Shown here: piece after piece, positions 9,737-18,759 of the stretch
How positions within the stretch are numbered: position 1 is the first letter of the stretch
How the letters are laid out: each line of letters begins with the position of its first letter
Assembly: GCA_963665235.2 (NCBI GenBank)
Contig: CAXXLX010000001.1
Location: 3,680,001 to 3,744,000 of the forward strand
DNA from: Candidatus Poribacteria bacterium
GTDB lineage: Bacteria; Poribacteria; WGA-4E; WGA-3G
Direction: 5' to 3'
Length of the DNA: 64,000 nt
Notes under the pieces: generated by a model
Database searches by the model: none
Seen by the model: the letters and a program-made list of their open reading frames with translations, nothing else
What the model was told of the DNA's origin: nothing
Translations under genes and position numbers: made by a program

Positions 9737-10453
9737 TTAGAATTTAGTCGTTTTTACGTGTGCCCAAATTGTCGTTAGTTTAGCAGTCGGTTCAACTGCC
9801 ATCGGATTACTGCCGCCATAAATTTCGATTTCATCAATACGCGCCCCGTTATTGGCGCGGATGTGTATACGTAGCCACCGGGCTTCTACATCGTCAAAGG
9901 TAAGCTCGGTGGTTTTACTAATCGCTTCCCCTTTGTGAGTGTAGACCTTTTTCCATGTGTTCGCCTCGGAGTTTGCATCTGCTACGGTTGTTGCAACAAG
10001 AATATCGAAGTCGACAGTTGTTCGGTCAAGGAATCCTTGTGAATGGTCGCTTCCGAAAAAGATGCGGTTCACATTGGCAACGTTTCCAATATCAATCTGT
10101 GCCCAGCCGGGGATTGTTCCGATAATCCAACTCCGGCAGTTGTTATAGAAACCGTCGTTAAGATATTCGGTGCAGTGCCGCCGGGGACACCATCCCGCTA
10201 TTAGGGAGGAGGCTTCCGCTTTCGCATCCTTCAGGAGTGCCAAGTTCGGTTGTTTATCTCGAACTGTCGGTACGAACTCCGGGCCCGGTGCTCCGCCAGC
10301 ATCACAAGCATCAGTTGCTGCTTTGATATCCTGCTCCTTGAATTCGTAATGTCCGAATTTTTCCGGGCCCTGCTCCTCGTTATGCTCCGCTGAGGCAGCA
10401 GGGGCATGCCACATAATCACTATGACAAGCAAACAATATATTGTAAATTTCAT
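9737..10453 (-). CDS. Secreted discoidin/F5-8 type C-like domain protein with the same tail motif
   Basis: NLAL...AEASS, WAQIDIG, ARWLRIHI, IDEIEIYG; tail VEPTAKLTTIWAHVK. Confidence 0.75.
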   Translation of the reverse strand: MKFTIYCLLVIVIMWHAPAASAEHNEEQGPEKFGHYEFKEQDIKAATDACDAGGAPGPEFVPTVRDKQPNLALLKDAKAEASSLIAGWCPRRHCTEYLNDGFYNNCRSWIIGTIPGWAQIDIGNVANVNRIFFGSDHSQGFLDRTTVDFDILVATTVADANSEANTWKKVYTHKGEAISKTTELTFDDVEARWLRIHIRANNGARIDEIEIYGGSNPMAVEPTAKLTTIWAHVKTTKF

Positions 10454-10485
10454 AGTAATCCTCCTTCTAAAACGAACCGCGAGCG

Positions 10486-11565
10486 TTATTCGATTCTGGG
10501 TTGCCTTGCCGAGGGGTTTCTTTGTAAACGGATTTTTGAATCTTTCAGCGGGAGTTCAACTCGTGCGCCGTTGCGGCGGTGTGATTCGATGACACCAAAA
10601 ATCAGTTCAGTGCTTGCGTAAGCACATCGGACTCCGCCTCGCGTTGGTTCGCCTGTGTCTAATGCATGAACAAGGTCTTTAATCAGGTTTGCTGTGCTAC
10701 TCGCGCGTTCAAATGCGGGAAAAGTTTCGGGGACCTGACATGTTCGCCAGCCTGGCACGTCTTGTCGTTTACGGACGTGCCACTGCCAACCGTTGTTCCA
10801 ACATGTGATAGTTCCACCTTCACAAATTGCCTCCCATTCGCTACTCCGTGGTGTCAAAAGTGCGTGGGCTGTTACGCCATTTTGAAATTGGATTGTTCCT
10901 GCCCCAGACGGGTCAGCTTTCAGCACGTCTCCATCAAAGACAGAATCGCCTTGCGGGAGGTAACCGGAGACTGAGCTTGCCGGGGCATCACTATTTAGCC
11001 GTAAAACCAGATCGAAATTATGACTTGCAGTGTTGAAAAGTGTGCCGTTTGAGTAAATAATGAGCGTTCGCAGTCTTCCAATTTCGCCGCTATCAATAAT
11101 CTCTTTCATCTTATCAAAGCCTGTGTGCCAGCGTCGGTTTGTGCCGAGGTTAAAAGCGACATTGTTGTTTTCCACAGCGGACACCATTGCTGCTGCTTCA
11201 TCCATAGAGGCCGCCATCGCCTTTTCAGCATAGATAGCTTTTACACCGTGCGTTGCTGCGTAGATGACAATGTCTGCGCGATGTTCCGGTTGTGTAGCCA
11301 CACTGACGATATCGGGTTTTTCTTTTTCAAGCATCTCCCGGTAATCGGTGTATTGATTCGCTTTTGGCACATGATAGCGATTTCCAAAATGTTCCATTAT
11401 TTCTGTACGCAGGTCAGCACAAGCGACCAGCTCAGTTCGTTCTTCAGCAAAAAAGCCGGCGGCGTGTGAATAGGGCAACTGAATTGCCTCGTAATCTGGC
11501 ACTTCGTTGTCAATAAAAGCACCCATCCGGCTACAACCGATAACAGCGGCACGATACGTTTTCAT
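10486..11565 (-). CDS. Gfo/Idh/MocA family oxidoreductase
   Basis: AAVIGCSRMG, PDIVSVATQPEHRA, YAEKAMA. Confidence 0.9.
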   Translation of the reverse strand: MKTYRAAVIGCSRMGAFIDNEVPDYEAIQLPYSHAAGFFAEERTELVACADLRTEIMEHFGNRYHVPKANQYTDYREMLEKEKPDIVSVATQPEHRADIVIYAATHGVKAIYAEKAMAASMDEAAAMVSAVENNNVAFNLGTNRRWHTGFDKMKEIIDSGEIGRLRTLIIYSNGTLFNTASHNFDLVLRLNSDAPASSVSGYLPQGDSVFDGDVLKADPSGAGTIQFQNGVTAHALLTPRSSEWEAICEGGTITCWNNGWQWHVRKRQDVPGWRTCQVPETFPAFERASSTANLIKDLVHALDTGEPTRGGVRCAYASTELIFGVIESHRRNGARVELPLKDSKIRLQRNPSARQPRIE

Positions 11566-12560
11566 TTTTCTTTCTCCTCAAAGAATTTGTTGGCAACCGC
11601 AGCCACGAAATTTTTACCCATCACCCTATATCCCTCAGCATCGGGATGCAGGTTGTCCGGTAAGAGATGGACATAGTCAGCCCCGAATACGTCTAAACCG
11701 CTGACGTAATGGATATTCGCGTCGCCATAATTTTCAAGTGCTTCGGCAGCTGCTTGTACCTCTTCACGCATTTTCTGTAGGTTGAAACCGACAGCGTTTG
11801 GGTTTTCCTCCCGATTGGGACAGTAGATAGGTGACATCAAGACGATAGGTATATCGGGATGTTTTTCACGGATAATCTGTACAGCCCCGATAATTGCGGG
11901 TCGAAACGCCCGCGGTCCCAAACTAGACGCGCCCTGGATGTTGATACCGAGACACATTGACAGGTAGTCTACAGGCATGTCTCGAATCATCCGTGCCACC
12001 ATCGCATCGAGATGACACTGCCCGCCATAACCGAGGCAGGTTAGATTTAAGTCGCTTTCACGGGCAGCAATTGCGGGCCATGTCTGTGTCGGTGATGCTG
12101 CTGCACGGCACTGTGTGATGGAACTTCCGTACGTCACCCACCGGGGGCGTTCGTCAACGAAGGGTTCCAGTGTTGCGTCATCGTCTATGTCTAAACTACG
12201 GAGTTGAAATGTCCCGTATTGCGGCAGCCACAACTCAATCAATTTTTCCTGCGCCGGCAAGTTTTCAAATGCGAAGTTATCTTTGCTCCGCAGGTCGAGC
12301 GATTGTATGAATTCACCATCACAACACAGGTCAAGCATACCGGTTTCGTTTTGCGGAACGATGCTGCCTGCTATGCGCGTCGTGCTGCTTCGAAAACTGA
12401 TGCGAACCCCGGCGGGCATCGCTGAGCGTACCAGTAAGGGTTCAGGAAATAGGACATGCATCGGGTGCGGTGTTCGCCACGGCATAACGGAATCTGCTGT
12501 TTTCTGAAGGGACACAGCCCCTTGCCAATTCAGTTGTGGCGCGTCAGGTTTTAGTCGCAT
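11562..12560 (-). CDS. SGNH/GDSL hydrolase (SsfX3-like)
   Basis: YGSSITQ, LGYGG, GIN, DNLHP blocks. The ORF extension to 12668 runs through a MITE, so the start is set at ATG 12560. Confidence 0.85.
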   Translation of the reverse strand: MRLKPDAPQLNWQGAVSLQKTADSVMPWRTPHPMHVLFPEPLLVRSAMPAGVRISFRSSTTRIAGSIVPQNETGMLDLCCDGEFIQSLDLRSKDNFAFENLPAQEKLIELWLPQYGTFQLRSLDIDDDATLEPFVDERPRWVTYGSSITQCRAAASPTQTWPAIAARESDLNLTCLGYGGQCHLDAMVARMIRDMPVDYLSMCLGINIQGASSLGPRAFRPAIIGAVQIIREKHPDIPIVLMSPIYCPNREENPNAVGFNLQKMREEVQAAAEALENYGDANIHYVSGLDVFGADYVHLLPDNLHPDAEGYRVMGKNFVAAVANKFFEEKEK

Positions 12561-12573
12561 TTTAATAATCTCC

Positions 12574-12686
12574 CAGGACTTACGCAAATTTAAGCCATAT
12601 CCTTGTAGGGGCGAGGTCACCTCGCCCGCTATACCCTTTAAATTCCCACGCTCATAAAGACTTATCAACGCACTGCGTAAGTCCTA
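12574..12686. mobile_element. MITE-like element family A (TIR AGGACTTACGCA) with internal GTAG REP hairpin
   Basis: 12-bp inverted termini; internal GTAGGGGCGAGGTCACCTCGCCC; homologous copy at 49764. Confidence 0.8.
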
Positions 12687-12693
12687 ATTTCCT

Positions 12694-13506
12694 TTACATT
12701 GCATCAACAAGTGCACGGAGCTGGCGGACACCATCTAGCATCTGCGAAGGATTTCCCCAGTGCTCAATGCTGGCAGCCCCGGTAAATCCATCTTCGACGA
12801 GTGTGCTTAACAGCTGTTCATAGCGCAATTCTGTGTCTCTGAGCGGGTTCAATTTCTTCTCACGATTCGGTTTGACATGCACATGCCGTACGAGTCCCTT
12901 AATATGGGCATATCCCTCCGGCAGTGGATTTTCTCCACAGTGTAAACCGTTATTAACATCCCAGCAGACAGCGAGTGCGGGACTATTGCCGAGGACATCG
13001 ATGACAGCCCGTGTTTCTTCACAGGTGCCCGCGAGCGTTGAATCCTCATTTTCAAAGGCGAGTATCACGTTCGCGTCCTCCGCAATTTTGACGACCGGGG
13101 CAAGTTTTTCGCCAATGAGTTCCAAATAGTCGTTAATATCGGGCCGGGATGTCTCCTTAAGCCGCCGATTCGGGTTCCAAAATGCGAACCCTCGGATTAT
13201 CTGTGTCTCAAATGCATGTGCAAGTTCAATCATCCGGTCGAAGTATTGGAGGTGCCGTTGGTATTCTTGCGGGTTGTTAATTCCGCATTTGCCAAAGGGT
13301 GAACCGATGCTGGCGACACGGACATCATAAGCTGCTAGGACATCTTGTGCACGTTTCACATCGTCATCGTTAATTTCGGTTACGTGTTTGCTCCAAACCC
13401 CTCCACGCACTTCCACGGTAGTGGCACCGGCTTCAACGCCAAGTTTAATAGCTTCCTCAAAGTCTTCTCTGGAAACTTCGTCAGCAAAAAAACAGACATC
13501 AATCAT
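12694..13506 (-). CDS. Sugar phosphate isomerase/epimerase (xylose isomerase-like TIM barrel)
   Basis: FADEVS, SIGSPFGK, LAFENE, WDVNN, HVHVK. Confidence 0.85.
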   Translation of the reverse strand: MIDVCFFADEVSREDFEEAIKLGVEAGATTVEVRGGVWSKHVTEINDDDVKRAQDVLAAYDVRVASIGSPFGKCGINNPQEYQRHLQYFDRMIELAHAFETQIIRGFAFWNPNRRLKETSRPDINDYLELIGEKLAPVVKIAEDANVILAFENEDSTLAGTCEETRAVIDVLGNSPALAVCWDVNNGLHCGENPLPEGYAHIKGLVRHVHVKPNREKKLNPLRDTELRYEQLLSTLVEDGFTGAASIEHWGNPSQMLDGVRQLRALVDAM

Positions 13507-13567
13507 TTCAAATCTCCTCCTGTACCTTTTCTGTTTGTAAGTGGATTTAAAAAACCTCCCTAGCCTC

Positions 13568-15247
13568 CTATTGATTATTCATGCTCCATAGGATAAAGGG
13601 TGCCAGTTTGGCTAGCATTTCAATCGGTGTCTCTTTCTCTGATAACGTTGCTTCCAAAACGGCTTCATTTTCCTTCACAGAGACCCAGGCGAGGAGCGGT
13701 TGAATTTCTGCGCTTGTTGCGATGAGCATATCGTCCGGGGGGGCACCTGCTGATAATTCTAGCAAGGCTGGTAAGTTAAGTTGTAAAGTCATTGTAGGCG
13801 TTTTAGGCAGCTGTTTTAAGTAGGCAGGTCTCTTTTTTAGCTGAAGTCCATCAGCAATTGCGTATATCTGCTCCTCCGAGAAACCGAGAAAAAACAGCCC
13901 ATCTTTTTTGCCGTAGTAAATATTCGAGGAGAATTCGGATACTGTTGTGCCTTTATACTCAGTTTGAGAAACAGAGGTGTTTTGTAAATTAGAGAGGCTA
14001 TTGCCAATTTGATTCCATTTTGAAAGATTATTCGGGTTGAAAATTAATCCGCCGTTTGTTTCTACGTCTGCTGCGTCTATTTCAAGGGAGCCATCGATAT
14101 TAATATTAAGAGCCTCCAAAGCCTCAGGGTCAAACTGTGCAAAATTGTCTATCGACAAAGCGAGTTCGCCTGTCAGTCCTGCGATAATATCCTCCTCCCA
14201 GTTAAGGTTGAGAGTTCCCTCAAGGAATAAAATAAAGGCATAAGCATCATCCGTTTCGCTGTTATTAAGTTCATCTCTGGCAATTTGCCACACAGCTTCT
14301 AGGAAGGCTGGTGCTGCTGCGAAAAACAGATTTTCGTTCCCGGATACGCCTTTAAGGGTTGCTAGCTCTGTCCCCTCTTTCAGGAAGAGTGAAATCGTGT
14401 TATCCTGCAAATTTGGGGTGAATTCTGTATGAATCTGGAGCATCGGTCCAGATTCTAATAGATTGAGTTGTGCGAAAACAGTTTTAAAGGTTTGAAGTTC
14501 TCGCAGAAGCTCTGGGTCCATGTCATCGTCATCCATGGCTTCCATCAAAGGGAGTGCGGTTTGCATGTTGATGAACGTTGTGAGTTGTCCCGCGTCGAAC
14601 TTTTTTGAAACGTTTTTGTACACGTCATCTTTTTGGATAGCCGGGTGTTTTTTGCGATAGGTGTCAATCAATTTCTGAAAACCGTTTTCGCCGATGCCAA
14701 CTACGAGAAATTCACTCACAAAACCGTAAGCGATAAGGAGGTCCTGTATTTCGAGTGTACTGTATTTTACCTTCAGATGTTCACCCGCGTTAAGCGTTAA
14801 TCTGCCTTCACTCATCCCTATCATGCCTGTAATAATTTTGGTGAAACGTTGGAGTTCACCGAGGTTGCCGCCGGAATGTACAACTATCCCCGCTTTAGTG
14901 TCTTCTAGTGCCTGTCCCCACATTGCGAAACCTGTTTGGTATCCGACTGTCTCAATGAATTCCGGTATGCTTGTTCCAAAAAGCGTTTTAAATGCATCCA
15001 GGCCTTGGTTTATCTCTTGCGTTTCTGGAACGTTGTTCGTCAGGAGCGTTTGTATCTTCTCCCAGTTTTCAGAGAGTTCGATTTCGGCGTATACCTCGTC
15101 TATATCTTGCAGTTTCAGATAAACGAAGCTATCGCTGGGGATAAAGTCGTCAACTTTTGCTGCGTGTGCGGAAATAACAATTCCTATTAGGCATAAGCTA
15201 AGAATCGTTATCTTCAATTTCTGTATCATTGAAAACTGTTCCTCCAT
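13568..15247 (-). CDS. Secreted hypothetical protein (DUF3352-like, internally duplicated)
   Basis: Signal peptide; long acidic ORF; architecture resembles DUF3352 proteins (recognition only). Confidence 0.6.
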   Translation of the reverse strand: MEEQFSMIQKLKITILSLCLIGIVISAHAAKVDDFIPSDSFVYLKLQDIDEVYAEIELSENWEKIQTLLTNNVPETQEINQGLDAFKTLFGTSIPEFIETVGYQTGFAMWGQALEDTKAGIVVHSGGNLGELQRFTKIITGMIGMSEGRLTLNAGEHLKVKYSTLEIQDLLIAYGFVSEFLVVGIGENGFQKLIDTYRKKHPAIQKDDVYKNVSKKFDAGQLTTFINMQTALPLMEAMDDDDMDPELLRELQTFKTVFAQLNLLESGPMLQIHTEFTPNLQDNTISLFLKEGTELATLKGVSGNENLFFAAAPAFLEAVWQIARDELNNSETDDAYAFILFLEGTLNLNWEEDIIAGLTGELALSIDNFAQFDPEALEALNINIDGSLEIDAADVETNGGLIFNPNNLSKWNQIGNSLSNLQNTSVSQTEYKGTTVSEFSSNIYYGKKDGLFFLGFSEEQIYAIADGLQLKKRPAYLKQLPKTPTMTLQLNLPALLELSAGAPPDDMLIATSAEIQPLLAWVSVKENEAVLEATLSEKETPIEMLAKLAPFILWSMNNQ

Positions 15248-15249
15248 TT

Positions 15250-16941
15250 TTACGGCACCCGAATGTTATCAACCAGAGTTTGTACTTCATCAGGTGGCGG
15301 GGGTGTAAAAGCGGCTACAACGATGGCAGTGATAAAGTTGAGTGCCATGCCGAGTGTGCCGATGCCTTCAGGGGAGATGCCCCACAACCAGTTTTCTGGT
15401 GTGTTCAGGTCCGGATTGATAAATTTGAAATAGATGATATATGTTGCAGTAAAGGTGATGCCGACAATCATACCTGTTACTGCGCCTGCTTTGTTCATTC
15501 GCTTGGAGAAAATTCCCATAACGATTGCTGGAAAAAATGAACTTGCTGCCAATCCAAAGGCGAATGCGACGACTTGCGCCACAAATCCGGGCGGATTTAT
15601 GCCGAAATACCCGGCAATACAGACAGCAAACCCGGCGGCGATTCTCGCTGCGGTTAATTCCTTTTTCTCCGATAAATCCGGGGCGATACATCCCTTAAGT
15701 AGGTCATGGGCGATAGCGGTTGAGATGACTAAAAGCAGTCCTGCAGCAGTGGACAAAGCCGCTGCTAATCCTCCCGCTGCAACTAATCCTATAATCCAAT
15801 TCGGCAGTTTTGCGATTTCAGGATTTGCTAACACCATGATATCCGGGTCAATTTCCAGTTCATTTTCAACTGCGGATTTTGGTCCTCGGTACTGAATCTT
15901 TCCATCGTTGTTGAGGTCATTAAACTTAATCAGTTCGGTTGTTTCCCAATTCTTGAACCACTCTGGTACGTCCTCATATCTGACATCTACCAATTCGCCA
16001 TTCTGCTCGGGACTGACGGTTTTGAGCAGGTTGGTTCGCGCGAACATTCCGACAGCGGGAGCGGTTGTATAGAGAAGCGCGATGAACAGTAGTGCCCATC
16101 CAGCAGACGCTCGTGCCTCTGATGCTTTTCGCACCGTGTAAAACCGAATAATCACGTGCGGAAGTCCGGCGGTTCCCAACATCAAGGCTGCTGTAATGAA
16201 AAAGACATCAATGGTGGCTTTGCTTCCATCCGTATAGCGGTTAAAACCGAGTGCCTCATTGAGCCCATTGAGGCGGTCAAGGAGGTATACACCTGTGTCG
16301 TCTGCTCCCCCTAGTCCGAGTTGCGGAATAGGGTTGCCGGTAATCAGAATAGAGATAAAAATAGCAGGCACGAGGTAGGCAAAAATCAGGACGCAGTATT
16401 GTGCTACCTGCGTATAGGTAATGCCTTTCATCCCACCGAGCACGGCATAAAAGAACACAATCCCCATGCCGATGAGTACGCCTGTTGTAACGTTGACGTT
16501 TAGAAACCGGGAAAAGACGATGCCGACACCACGCATCTGTCCCGCTACGTAGGTAAATGAGACAAAAACAGCGCACACAACAGCGACAATCCGTGCCAAT
16601 TGTGAGTAATAGCGGTCTCCAACGAAGTCGGGCACGGTATACTTCCCGAATTTCCGGAGATAAGGTGCCAATAACAACGCAAGCAGTACATACCCCCCTG
16701 TCCATCCGAGCAGATAGACAGAGCCATCTCTTCCCAGAAAAGCAATCATTCCTGCCATTGCGATGAAGGAGGCGGCACTCATCCAATCCGCTGCGGTTGC
16801 CATACCGTTCACAACCGGATGCACGTTGCTGCCAGCAACATAGAAATCTCCCGTGGAACGGGCCTTAGCCCAGACGGCCAAGCCGATATACAGCACGAAG
16901 GAGAGGCTCACCATTATGAAAGTCCAGGCTTGCACGTTCAC
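15250..16941 (-). CDS. Sodium:solute symporter, ActP-like cation/acetate symporter
   Basis: NGMATAADWMSAASF, LRKFGKYTVPDFVGDRY, GTAGLPHVIIRFYTV. Confidence 0.92.
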   Translation of the reverse strand: MNVQAWTFIMVSLSFVLYIGLAVWAKARSTGDFYVAGSNVHPVVNGMATAADWMSAASFIAMAGMIAFLGRDGSVYLLGWTGGYVLLALLLAPYLRKFGKYTVPDFVGDRYYSQLARIVAVVCAVFVSFTYVAGQMRGVGIVFSRFLNVNVTTGVLIGMGIVFFYAVLGGMKGITYTQVAQYCVLIFAYLVPAIFISILITGNPIPQLGLGGADDTGVYLLDRLNGLNEALGFNRYTDGSKATIDVFFITAALMLGTAGLPHVIIRFYTVRKASEARASAGWALLFIALLYTTAPAVGMFARTNLLKTVSPEQNGELVDVRYEDVPEWFKNWETTELIKFNDLNNDGKIQYRGPKSAVENELEIDPDIMVLANPEIAKLPNWIIGLVAAGGLAAALSTAAGLLLVISTAIAHDLLKGCIAPDLSEKKELTAARIAAGFAVCIAGYFGINPPGFVAQVVAFAFGLAASSFFPAIVMGIFSKRMNKAGAVTGMIVGITFTATYIIYFKFINPDLNTPENWLWGISPEGIGTLGMALNFITAIVVAAFTPPPPDEVQTLVDNIRVP

Positions 16942-16943
16942 GG

Positions 16944-17219
16944 TTATTCTAGGTCCTCCGTATCGCGCTCGGCACGATATTTTTTATCTAAACGGTTCAT
17001 CAACCATGCGTAAACAAAAATTAGGACAACGAAAATCCAGATTGATGCTTGTTGTGCAAAAAAGAACCCGAGGCGAAATCCACCGAACCGTATTTTGTCT
17101 AATTGTTCAACAAACACAATTGAGCAGAGATATGATGTGACAAACCAAATGCCAAGCAGAATGGCGAGGTATTGCAGGTTTTTGCGCCAATACTGTTTAC
17201 CGTTATCCGATGTCTTCAC
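16944..17219 (-). CDS. DUF4212 small subunit of solute symporter
   Basis: YWRKNL, GFRLGFFFAQQASI, MNRLDKKY; usual partner upstream of ActP-like genes. Confidence 0.9.
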   Translation of the reverse strand: MKTSDNGKQYWRKNLQYLAILLGIWFVTSYLCSIVFVEQLDKIRFGGFRLGFFFAQQASIWIFVVLIFVYAWLMNRLDKKYRAERDTEDLE

Positions 17220-17403
17220 GACAGGGTGTCCTCCTCCGTTTTGAAACTCGCGAATTTTCGGGTGAAAGTTGTCTATCAGGACATGTTATCAGAAAATACA
17301 ATTTTTGTCAAACATTTTTTAGCATTTGCTGAATCCAATCTTCCACCCTTCCAGTCTTCCACCTATCCCTTTGACTTTACGCACCCCTAAAATTGTCCAA
17401 AGT

Positions 17404-17991
17404 TCAGTAATTCTCTGGAAACATCAATCGCTCCACATGTTCTATCAGGACGTGCAACACCTTAATATGGATTTCTTGGATTCTATCGGCGGTCTCCCCG
17501 GGTGCGATAAGATAACTGTGGCAGTGGTGTTTAAGCTGGCCGCCATCTCTGCCGAGTAATCCGAAGACTTGTATTTTTCGCGATTTCGCTGCTTCGGCGG
17601 CGCGTACTACATTTTCAGAATTCCCACTCGTCGAGAGCACGACTAATAAATCACCAGGGTGGCCGAGTGCCAGCAGCGGCCGCGCGAACACCTCTACAAA
17701 CCCGAAGTCGTTTGCTGTGCAGGTAATGTGTGCTGCATCGCTCAGTGAAATCGCTGGAAGGGGGTGCCGGTCATCTCGAAATTTTCCAGTGCATTCTTCG
17801 GCGAAATGGATGGCATCACACAGACTTCCGCCATTCCCACATGCAAAGATTCTCCCCTGTCGTTCAAAGACATCTTGCATTAGCTTTGCTGTCTCTGCAA
17901 TAGTTGCGATATTTTCTGGGGTTTGGATGAATTGATTGAGTACGGCTTGTGCATCTAACAATGCACGCCGAATGCTATGCAAGATGTCCAT
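17404..17991 (-). CDS. gmhA: D-sedoheptulose-7-phosphate isomerase
   Basis: CGNGGSLCDAIHFAEE, ANDFGF, LSTSGNSENV, DRIQEIHI. Confidence 0.93.
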   Translation of the reverse strand: MDILHSIRRALLDAQAVLNQFIQTPENIATIAETAKLMQDVFERQGRIFACGNGGSLCDAIHFAEECTGKFRDDRHPLPAISLSDAAHITCTANDFGFVEVFARPLLALGHPGDLLVVLSTSGNSENVVRAAEAAKSRKIQVFGLLGRDGGQLKHHCHSYLIAPGETADRIQEIHIKVLHVLIEHVERLMFPENY

Positions 17992-18084
17992 TGTGTTCCT
18001 CTCCTTACAGGGACGATTTTATCTCACTATATTTTACCATGAGCTCCGCGCTGTTTCAAGTTATTTTTTAAGAAAGACGTTCTC

Positions 18085-18561
18085 GGGTGTGTAAAATTCT
18101 TAGAGGCCCAAGGGATAAATAGAGGTCTGGAGGCGTGGAAATCCAAAGTGACGCATCCGTTTTTCAGGTGTCCGCCCCTGTTATAGGCCCCGCCTAAGTT
18201 TCAACCCAAAATAGTGCTACGTCACTTTACAAACGGTGGAGAACTACATGGAAGATTAACACATAAGAAAACACAACAACACAACACAACCTAGCCCCAG
18301 CAGGGCGGTATCTTTATAGAAGCACAAGGGCCAGACAAGCTAGCCCCAGCGGGGCGGTATCTTTATAGAAAACACAACACACTAGCTCATAATCACAAAC
18401 CTTCTATTGTTACGCATCTTAAAATCCGATAAATCCGATAAATCCGCGATTCAGACAACACACGCGCGAAATCCATCCTTCCCCCCTTCCAATCTTCCAA
18501 TCTTCCAATCTTCCAATCTTCCAATCTTCCCTCTATCATAGTACAAAAACTTTACACACCC
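18085..18561. mobile_element. MITE-like family C (TIR GGGTGTGTAAA / TTTACACACCC) carrying two hairpin-core repeats and (CTTCCAAT)n
   Basis: Inverted termini. Internal 18268-18410 nearly identical to parts of 31925-32167; about 5 copies of an 8-mer at ~18486-18530. Confidence 0.7.
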
Positions 18562-18759
18562 ACACACCCCACCCGGGTTGCGTTTATCTAGAACTTGTGA
18601 TAACATGTCTAGCAAGTGGTGTGACTTTGTATTCATCTGCTTTACCTCTAAATACTAAAATAAGATAAAAATCTTGAGGTAAAGTATATCAGATGTGGTG
18701 TAAAAAGTCACGCCACATCTACATATAAAGGTGTCCAAAAACTCACTTTCGACAATTGA

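Noticed and set aside
12561-12668. N-terminal extensions of ORFs at 12668, 23945, 30880 and 46654
   Set aside because: They run through a MITE, repeats, or promoter/leader DNA. Better downstream starts exist, most with an RBS.
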